Of a stretch of 64,000 bases of DNA, positions 53,937 to 64,000 are shown piece after piece. Made by a program: the position numbers and the translations under genes. Source of the stretch: Haliotis cracherodii (Eukaryota); contig NW_027266277.1 of NCBI RefSeq assembly GCF_022045235.1, forward strand, positions 8,556,001 through 8,620,000, read 5' to 3'. The notes under the pieces are model-generated. The model worked only from the letters and a program-made list of their open reading frames with translations, was not told the origin of the DNA and searched no databases. Within the stretch, counting starts at the first letter, position 1. Each line of letters starts with the position of its first letter.

Positions 53937-54063
53937 TACTAGTCAAAAGAAGTTAAGGATCACCTGATTCTTTCATATTACTATAGTTAATCTCTCATGT
54001 CATGACAGATTAACTTTACCATTATGAAAGAATCGGGTGATCCTTAACTTCTTTTGAGTAGTA
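53937..54063. mobile_element. Tc1/mariner-type palindromic MITE (127 bp)
   Basis: TA|TACTAGTCAAAAGAAGTTAAGGATCACC...GGTGATCCTTAACTTCTTTTGAGTAGTA|TA; 63-bp arms, ~7 mismatches, 1-nt centre at 54000; TA on both flanks. Confidence 0.88.
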
Positions 54064-54740
54064 TACATAAATTCACATATTTAGTACATGTTCTTGCGTA
54101 CTTAAAACAATTCCCTTGTCTGATTCTGCAAGAAAAAAGCTCCAATTTCAATCACAAAACATGCAGGATGAACTTTCCTACACTTTTTAGGGTGTCAACC
54201 CCCTCCTCCCCTGAATCCCGAATCCAGAATACTACTCAACACAAATCTCGAAAGCATATCGAAAAGGGTACGATTTCAAGTAAATATATAAATGTTGAAT
54301 CTGCATGCCAAAATACGATTTTGAATGAGTCCCGCCTACCACATCGCAGAATACCCCCTGAAAAGACCCCTGAATTCCGCGTACCAAAAGGGGGTTGGCA
54401 GCCTCATTTTTGGGACGTATGTAATAAACTAGACTTGAAGTTGAGAATCTTCTGTATGCTCAGTGACTCTAAGCCCCGAAATTAATTAAAATTAAAATAA
54501 TATAAAACATGTTAATACTCACCACCGCGTACATTATATACACCCTGTATATATGAAAACAGGATAGTTCATATAAATGAAGATGTCTTAATCATGCAAA
54601 ATGAAAAAAATATCAAGTACATATATTTGCCTCGGGAGTGATTTTACGATAAATGTCAATCATTATGTGATTTTTGTGTATGTGTGTGTGTGTGTGTGTC
54701 AGTTTTATTGGATATATGCTTATCATCAATTATTAATAAT

Positions 54741-54867
54741 CAGAGGCGGATCCCGTTTTTCTGAAACGAACTGTTTTTTCCCTCGGTGAAGAGGGAGGTT
54801 TTTACTGGGTAGATTTCAAAACGAGTGGGGTTGGGAGTGGGTTGGTTTAACCCCTGAATCCCGCCTG
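54741..54867. mobile_element. Possible decayed hAT-like MITE
   Basis: Ends CAGAGGCGGATCC...GAATCCCGCCTG are imperfect inverted repeats; no 8-bp TSD visible. Confidence 0.4.
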
Positions 54868-55254
54868 TAGAACCACCGGCGATTATTTCAATCATTTTCT
54901 GTCTAAATCCGGGATAAGTTAGTATTTGACAACAAAAAACTGTTTTAGGTTAGATGTGTGAATGTGGTGCATATTGTCAGAGAAATAAAAATGTGACAGG
55001 TATTTTTAGTGTGATATTGCCAGATTTAGTTCATTTATTTAGTGTTAATTATTTATTTAATTTCATTCCTCGTTTGTGTCTCTATCTATTATATGGTAGT
55101 CCATGTTAAAGTGATATATTTTTTTAGAAAAGACGAGTAGAGTCACTGTGCATGTAGTAAGCTAAATGCTTGCCACTAATATCCCTCTATTGATCAATGA
55201 AGTACATAGTATTATAACTGTTTACACGGCAGTATTAACTGAACCAACCATCAC

Positions 55255-58200
55255 TAGAACATACTGGTGAATGTTTCATCCAGTGGATCGCATCACTGTA
55301 TAGTATTTCAGAACATACTGGTGAATGTTTCATCCAGTGGATCCCATCACTGTATAGTATTTCAAAACATACCGGTGAATGTTTCAAATAGTAAATCATA
55401 TTATTGTGCAGTATTTCAGAACATACTGGTGAATGTTTCATCCAGTGGAACACATCACTGTGTAGTATTTCAAAACATACTGGTGAATGTTTCAACTAGT
55501 AAATCATATTATTGTGCAGTATTTCAGAACATACTGGTGAATGTTTCATCCAGTGGATCACATCACTGTGTATTATTTCAAAACAAACTTGTGTATGTTT
55601 CAACTAGTAAATCATATTACTGTATAGTATTTCAAAACATACTGGTGAATGTTTCAACTGATAAGCCACATCATTGTGTAGTATTTCAGAATATACTGGT
55701 GAATGTTTAAACTAGTAAATCATATTACTATATAGTATTTCAGAACATACTGGTGAATGTTTCATCCAGTGGATCACATCACTGTATTTTATTTCAGAAC
55801 ATACTGGTGAATGTTTCATCCAGTGAATAGAATCACTGTATTGAATTTCAGTACATACTGGTAAATGTTTCAACTAGTAAATAACATCACTGTATAGTAT
55901 TTCAGAACATACTGGTGAATGTTTAAATTAGTAAATCATATTATTGTGCAGTATTTCAGAACATACTGGAGAATTTTTCATCCAGTGGATCACATCACTG
56001 TGTAGTATTTCAAAACATACTGGTGAATGTTTCAACTAGTAAATCATATTATTGTTCAGTATTTCAGAACATACTGGTGAATGTTTCATCCAGTGGATCA
56101 CATCACTGTGTAGTATTTCAAAACAAACTGGTGTATGTTTCAACTAGTAAATCATATTACTGTATAGTATTTCAAAACATACTGGTGAATGTTTCAACTG
56201 ATAAGCCACATCATTGTGTAGTATTTCAGAATATACTGGTGAATGTTTAAACTAGTAAATCATATTACTGTATAGTATTTCAGAACATATTGGTGAATGT
56301 TTCATCCAGTGGATCACATCACTGTATTGTATTTCAGAACATACTGGTGAATATTTCATCCAGTGAATAGCATCACTGTATAGTATTTCAGAACATACTA
56401 GTGAATGTTTCAACTGGTAAGCCACATCACTGAATTGTATTTCAGAACATACTGGTGAATGTTTAAATTAGTAAATCATATTACTCTTTAGTATTTCAGA
56501 ATATACTGGTGAATGTTTCAACTAGTAAATCACATCACTGTATAGTATTTCAGAACATACTGGTGAATGTTTTATCCAGTGGATCACATCAATGTATAGT
56601 ATTTCAGAACATACTGGTGAATGTTTCATACAGTGGATCACATCACTGTATAGTATTTCAGAACATACTGGTGAATGTTTTATCCAGTGGATCACATCAA
56701 TGTATAGTATTTCAGAACATACTGGTGAATGTTTCATACAGTGGATCACATCAATGTGTAGTATCTCAGAACAAACTGGTGAATGTTTCATCCAGTGGAT
56801 CGCATCACTGTATAGTATTTCAGAACATACTGGTGAATGTTTCAACAAGTAAATCATATTATTCTGTAGTATTTCAGAACATACTGGTGAATGTTTTATC
56901 CAGTGGATCACATCAATGTATAGTATTTCAGAACATACTGGTGAATGTTTCATACAGTGGATCACATCACTGTATAGTATTTCAGAACATACTGGTGAAT
57001 GTTTTATCCAGTGGATCACATCAATGTATAGTATTTCAGAACATACTGGTGAATGTTTCATACAGTGGATCACATCACTGTATAGTATTTCAGAACATAC
57101 TGGTGAATGTTTCATCCATTGAAATGCATAACTGTATAGTATTTCAGAACATACTGGTGAATATTTCAAGCAGTAAGTCACAAAACTGTATAGTATTTCA
57201 GAACATACTGGTATATGTTTCAAATAGTAAATCACATCACTGTGTAGTATTTCAGAACATACTGGTGATTGTTTCAACTAGTAAATCAGATCACTGTGTA
57301 GTATTTCAGAACATACTGGTGAATGTTTCATCCAGTGGATGACATCACTGTACAGTATTCAGAACATACTGGTGAATGTTTCATCCATTGAATTGCATCA
57401 CTGTATAATATTGCAGAACATACTGGTGAATATTTCAACTAGTAAGTCACATCACTGTATAGTGTTTTAGAACATACTGGTGAATGTTTTATCCAGTGGA
57501 GCACATCACTGTATAGTATTTCATAACATACTAGTGAATGTTTCAAGTGGTAAGCAACATCACAGTATAGTATTTCAGAACATACTGGTGAATGTTTAAA
57601 CTAGTAAATCATATTATTCTGTAGTATTTCAGAACATACTGGTGAATGTTTTATCCAGTGGATCACATCAATGTATAGTATTTCAGAACAAACTGGTGAA
57701 TGTTTCATCCAGTGGATCGCATCACTGTATAGTATTTCAGAACATACTGGTGAATGTTTCAACAAGTAAATCATATTATTCTGTAGTATTTCAGAACATA
57801 CTGGTGAATGTTTTATCCAGTGGATCACATCAATGTATAGTATTTCAGAACATACTGGTGAATGTTTCATACAGTGGATCACATCACTGTATAGTATTTC
57901 AGAACATACTGGTGAATGTTTCATCCATTGAATTGCATAACTGTATAGTATTTCAGAACATACTGGTGAATATTTCAAGCAGTAAGTCACAAAACTGTAT
58001 AGTATTTCAGAACATACTGGTATATGTTTCAAATAGTAAATCACATCACTGTGTAGTATTTCAGAACATACTGGTGATTGTTTCAACTAGTAAATCACAT
58101 CACTGTGTAGTATTTCAGAACATACTGGTGAATGTTTCATCCAGTGGATGACATCACTGTACAGTATTCAGAACATACTGGTGAATGTTTCATCCATTGA

Positions 58201-59392
58201 ATTGCATCACTGTATAATATTTCAGAACATACTGGTGAATATTTCAACTAGTAAGTCACATCACTGTATAGTGTTTTAGAACATACTGGTGAATGTTTTA
58301 TCCAGTGGAGCACATCACTGTATAGTATTTCATAACATACTAGTGAATGTTTCAAGTGGTAAGCAACATCACAGTATAGTATTTCAGAACATACTGGTGA
58401 ATGTTTCATCCAGTGGATCCCATCACTGTAAGGCATTTCAGAACATACTGGTGAATGTTTCATCCAATAGAGCACTTCACTGTGTAGTATTTCAGAACAT
58501 ACTGGTGAATGTTTCGTCCAGTGAATCGCATAATTGTATAGTATTTCAGAACATACTGGTGAATGTTTCAACTAGTAAGTCACATCACTGTATAGTATTT
58601 CAGAACATACTGGTGAATGTTTCGTCCAGTAGTTCATATTACTATATAGTATTTCAGAACATACTGGTGAATGTTTCAATTAGTAAATCATATTATTCTG
58701 TAGTATTTCAAAACATCCTTGTGAATGTTTCATCCAGTTGATCACATCACTGTTTAGTATTTCAGAACATACTGGTGAATGTTTCGTCCAGTGGAGCATA
58801 TTACTGTATAGTACTTCAGAACAAACTGGTGTATGTTTCAACTAGTAAATCATATTATTGTGTAGTATTTCAAAACATACTGGTGAATGTTTCATCAAGT
58901 GGATCACATCACTGTATAGTATTTCAGAACATACTGGTGAATGTTTCAACTAGTAAATCATATTATTGTGTTGTATTTCAGAACATACTGGTGAATGTTT
59001 CAACTAGTAAATCATATTATTGTGTTGTATTTCAGAACATACTGGTGAATGTTTCATACATTGAATCGCATTACTGTATAGTATTTCAGAACATACTGTT
59101 GAATGTTTCAACCAATAGATCAAATCACTGAGTAGTATTTCAGAACATACTGGTGAATGTTTCATCCAGTGGATCACATCACTGTGTAGTATTTCAGAAC
59201 ATACTGGTGAATGTTTCAACTAGTAAGTCACATCACTGTGTAGTATTTCAGAACATGCTGGTGAATGTTTCATCCAATAAGATCACATTACTGTGTAGAA
59301 TTTTAGAACATACTGGTGAATGTTTCATCCAGTGAATCGCCTCACTGTGTAGCATTTCAGAACAGACTGGTGAATGTTTCAACTAGTAAATC
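55255..59392. repeat. 54-bp minisatellite (GTAGTATTTCAGAACATACTGGTGAATGTTTCATCCAGTGGATCACATCACTGT), ~76 copies, two subtypes
   Basis: 54-bp period (18-aa repeat in the ORF track). Confidence 0.97.
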
Positions 59393-59519
59393 GCAGAGTG
59401 GAGCGCTTTAAAACACGTGCTCTGTTACAACTGCTGGACCACAGAGTGGTGAAGTGTTTGAGAACACATGCAGTGTTTCAACTAGAAGACCACAACATAA
59501 TCTACCCGTCATCAACAAC

Positions 59520-62500
59520 CCCGGTCCCATGTCTGCCTGTCACAGTTTACAGTATGCCCCTTGCTCCTATGTCTCCCCGTCACAGCACAGTTTACAGTAT
59601 CCCACTCGGTCCCATATCTGCATGTCACAGTTTACAGTATCCCCCTCGCTCATATGTCTGCCACTCACAGTTTCCAGTATCCACCTCGGTCCCATGTCTG
59701 CCTGTCACAGTTGACAGTATCCATCCCGGTCCCATGACTGCCTGTCACAGTTTACAGTTTACCTCTCGGTCACACGTCTGCCTGTCACAGTTTACAGTAT
59801 ACCCCTCGGTCCTATGTCTGCCTGTCACAGTTTACAGTATCCACCTCAGTCCCATGCCTGCCTGTCACAGTTTACAGTATCCCCCTCGGTCCCATTTCTG
59901 CCTATCACAGTTTACAGTATCCCCCTCGGTCCCATGTCTGCCTATCACAGTTTACAGTATCCCTCTCGATCTTATGTCTCCCCGTCACACTTTACAGTAT
60001 CCACATTGGTCCCAAGTCTGTCTTTCCCAGTTTACAATATCCATATCGGTCCCATGTCTGCCTGTTACAGTTTACAGAATCCATCCCGGTCCCATGTCTG
60101 CTAGTCACAGTTTACAGTATCCCTCTCGGTCCCATGTCTGCCTGTCACAGTTTACAGTATCCATCCCGGTCCCATGCCTGCTTGTCACAGTTTAAAGTAT
60201 CCCACCCCGGTCCCATGTCTGCCTGACACAGTTTACAGTATCCATCCCGGTCCCATATAGGCAAGTCACAGTTTACAGTATACCCCTGGGTCCTATTTCT
60301 GCCTATCACAGTTAACAGTCTCCCCCTCCGTCCTATATCTGCCTGTCACAGTTTACAGTATCCACCCTGGTCCCATGTGTGCCTGTCACAGTTTACAGTA
60401 TCCATCTCGGTCCCATGTCTGCCAAGTCACAGTTTAGAGTATCCCCCTCGGTCCTATGTCTGCCTGTCACAGTTTACAGTATCAACTCCGGTCCAATGTC
60501 TGCCAGTCACAGTTTACAGTATCCACCTCGGTCCTATGTCTGCCTGTCACAGTTTACAGTATCCATCTCGGTCCCATGTCTGCCTCTCACAGTTTACAGC
60601 ATCCACCCTGGTCCCATGTCTGTATGTCAAAGTTTACAGTATTCCCCTCGGTCCTATGTCTGCCTGTCACAGTTGACAGTATCCAGCTCGGTCCTATGTC
60701 TGCCTGTCACAGTTTACAGTATCCCCCTCGCTCCCATGTCTGCCTGTCACAGTTTACAGTTTCCCTTTCGGTCTTATGTCTGCCTGTCACAGTTTACAGT
60801 ATCCCCATCCGTCCTATGTCTGCCTCTCACAGTTTACAGTATCCCCCTTCAGTCCTATGTCTCTCTGTCACAGTTAACAGTATCCCCCTCGGTTCCATAT
60901 CTGCCTGTCACAGTTTACAGTATCCACCTCGGTCCCAAGTCCGCCTGTCATAGTTTACAGTATCCCAATCGGTCCCATGTCTGCCTGTCACAGTTTACAG
61001 TATCCATCCCTCACCTATGTCTGCCTGTCACAGTTTACAGTATCCATCCAGGTCCCATGTCTGCCTGTAACAGTTTAGAGTATCCCCCTCGGTCCTATGT
61101 CTGCCTGTCACAGTTTACAGTATCCCCTTCGGTCCTATGTCTGCCTGTCACAGATTACAGTATCCAGCTCAGTCCTATGTCTGCCAGTCACAGTTTACAG
61201 TATCCTCCTTGGTCCTATGGCCGCCTGTCACAGTTTACAGCATCCATCCTGGTCCCATGTCTGCCTGTCACAGTTTACAGTATCCACCTCGGTCCCATGT
61301 CTGCCTGTCACAGTTTACAGTATCCACCTCGGTCCTATGTCCGCCTGTCACAGTTTACAGTATCCACCTCGGTCCTATGTCTGCTTGTCACAGTTTACAG
61401 TATCCACCTCGGTCCTATGTCCGCCTGTCACAGTGTACAGCATCTATCCTGGTCCAATGTCTGCCTGTCACAGTTTACAGTATCCACCTCGGTCCCATGT
61501 CTGCCTGTCACAGTTTACAGTATCCACCTCGGTCCTATGTCCGCCTGTCACAGTTTACAGTATACAACTCGGTCCTATGTGTGCCTGTCACAGTTTACAG
61601 TATCCACCTTGGTCCTATGTCTGCTTGTCACAGTTTACAGTATCCACCTCGGTCCTATGTCTGCCTGTCACAGTTTACAGTATCCACCTCGGTCCCATGT
61701 CTGCCTGTCACACTTTACAGTATCCACCCTTGTCAATAAGTCTGCCTGTCACAGTTTACAGTATCCCCCTCGGTCCCATGTCTTCCTGTCTCGCTATCAA
61801 AGTATCGACCCTGGTCCCATGTCTGCCTGTCACAGTTGACATGATCCACCTCAGTCCAATGTATGCTTGTCACAGTTTACATTATCCACCCCGGTCCTAC
61901 GTCTTCCTGTATAAATTTACAGTATCCACCTCGGTCCCATGACAGCCTGTCACAGTTTACAGTATCCCCCTCGGTCCTATGTCTACCTGTCACAGTTTAC
62001 AGAATCCACCCCGGTCCCATGTCTGCCTGTAACAGTTTAAAGTATCCCCCTCGGTCCCATGTCTGCTAGTCACAGTTTATAGTATCCACAACGGTCCAAT
62101 GTCTTCCTGTCACAGTTTACAGTATCCATCTCGGTCCCATGTCTGTCTGTCACAGTTTACAGTATCCACCCTGGTCCCATGTCTGCTAGTCACAGTTTAT
62201 AGTATCCAAAACGGCCCCATGTCTGTCTGTCACAGTTTACAGTATCCCTCTCGGTCCCATGTCTGCCAGTAACAGTTTACAGTATCCAACTCGGTCCCAT
62301 GTCTGCAAGTGAAAGTTTACAGTATCCCTGCCTGTCACAGTTTACAGTATCCGCCTCGTTCCAATGTCTGCCTGTCACAGTTTACAGTATCCATGTCGGT
62401 CCCATATCTGCTTGTCACAGTTTACAGTATCCATTTCGGTGCAATGTCTGCCTGTCACACTTTACAGTATCCACTTCAGTCCCATGTCTGCCTGTCACAG

Positions 62501-64000
62501 TTTACAGTATCCACCTCGGTCCCATGTCTGCCTGTCACAGTTTACAGTATCTACCCCGGTCCCATGCCTGCCTGTCACAGTTTACAGTATCCATGTCAGT
62601 CCCATATCTGCTAGTCACAGTTTACAGTATCCACCTCGGTCCCATGTCTGCCTGTCATAGTTTACAGTATCCCCCTCGGTCCTATGTCTGTCTTTCACAG
62701 TGACATCATCCACCTCATTCCAATGTCTGCCTGTCACAGTTTACAGTATCCACCTCGGTCCCATGTCTGCCTGTCACAGTTTACAGTATCTACCCCGGTC
62801 CCATGCCTGCCTGTCACAGTTTACAGTATCCATGTCAGTCCCATATCTGCTAGTCACAGTTTACAGTATCCACCTCGGTCCCATGTCTGCCTGTCATAGT
62901 TTACAGTATCCCCCTCGGTCCTATGTCTGTCTTTCACAGTGACATCATCCACCTCATTCCAATGTCTGCCTGTCACAGTTTACAGTATCCAACCTGGTCC
63001 CATGTCTGCCTGTCACAGTTTAAAGTATCCATGTCGGTCCCATATCTGCCTGTCACAGTTTACAGTATCCACCTCGGTCCCATGTCTGCCTGTCACAGTT
63101 TACAGTATCTACCCCGGTCCCATGCCTGCCTGTCACAGTTTACAGTATCCATGTCAGTCCCATATCTGCTAGTCACAGTTTACAGTATCCACCTCGGTCC
63201 CATGTCTGCCTGTCATAGTTTACAGTATCCCCCTCGGTCCTATGTCTGTCTTTCACAGTGACATCATCCACCTCATTCCAATGTCTGCCTGTCACAGTTT
63301 ACAGTATCCAACCTGGTCCCATGTCTGCCTGTCACAGTTTAAAGTATCCATGTCGGTCCCATATCTGCCTGTCACAGTTTACAGTATCCATGTCGGTCCC
63401 ATGTGTGCCTGTCACACTTTACAGTATCCACCCCAGTCCCATGTCTGCCTGTCACAGTTTACAGTATCCACCCTGGTACCATGTCTGCCTTTCACAGTTT
63501 ACAGTATCTACCCCGGTCCCATGTCTGCCTGTCACAGTTCAGAGTATTCCCCTCGGTCCTAGCCTGCCTGTCACAGTTTACAGTATCCAACCTGGTCCCA
63601 TGTCTGCCTGTCACAGTTTAAAGTATCCATGTCGGTCCCATATCTGCCTGTCACAGTTTATAGTATCCATGTCGGTCCCATGTGTGCCTGTCACACTTTA
63701 CAGTATCCACCCCAGTCCCATATCAGCCTGTCACAGTTTACAGTATCCATCCTGGTCCCATGTCTGCCTGTCACAGTTTACATTATCCCCCTTGCTCCCA
63801 TGTCTGCCTGTCACAGTTTACAGTATCCACCTCGGCCCCATGTCTGCCTGTCACAGTTTACAATATCAATGTCGGTCCCATATCTGCCAGTCACAGTTTA
63901 CAGTATCCCCCTCGCTCCCATGTCTTCCTATCACAGTTTTCAGTATCCCCCTCGGTCCCATGTCTGCCTGTCACTGTTTACAGTATCCCCCTCGGCCACA
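59520..64000. repeat. 40-bp minisatellite (GGTCCCATGTCTGCCTGTCACAGTTTACAGTATCCACCTC), ~110 copies, runs to window end
   Basis: 40-bp period throughout. Confidence 0.97.

Noticed and set aside
55255-59392. CRISPR-like array (constant dyad repeat plus variable segment)
   Set aside because: Variable segments are related to each other and recur many times, so they are not unique spacers; no cas genes; eukaryotic context
59374-63621. ORFs up to 486 aa
   Set aside because: 40-bp repeat translations, same peptide in all frames

Overview
Repeat-dominated, AT-rich eukaryotic scaffold segment with two N-gaps. The Tc1 decay pattern, palindromic MITEs and minisatellite style suggest a marine invertebrate, probably a mollusc; this is inference only. 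I can support no intact host protein-coding gene, and nearly all long ORFs in the track are translations of tandem repeats. About 24 kb (roughly 37%, hand-summed) consists of some 16 minisatellite families with units of 16-75 bp, several with higher-order repeats. Recognisable mobile DNA comprises a decayed Tc1 (DD34E) transposon with both TIRs and TA flanks (1273-2503), a second 5'-truncated Tc1 fused to a 46-bp array (about 41035-41650), and the 3' end of an R4/Dong-like RLE non-LTR retrotransposon beside a gap (about 50669-50950). There are also four MITE/foldback candidates and a 119-bp insert inside a minisatellite unit. The most informative oddities are structural: a 135-bp apparently templated insertion with microhomology junctions, a 1391-bp-offset duplication of a compound minisatellite module, and two adjacent sister arrays differing partly by C-to-T changes. 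I found no convincing novel biological system.
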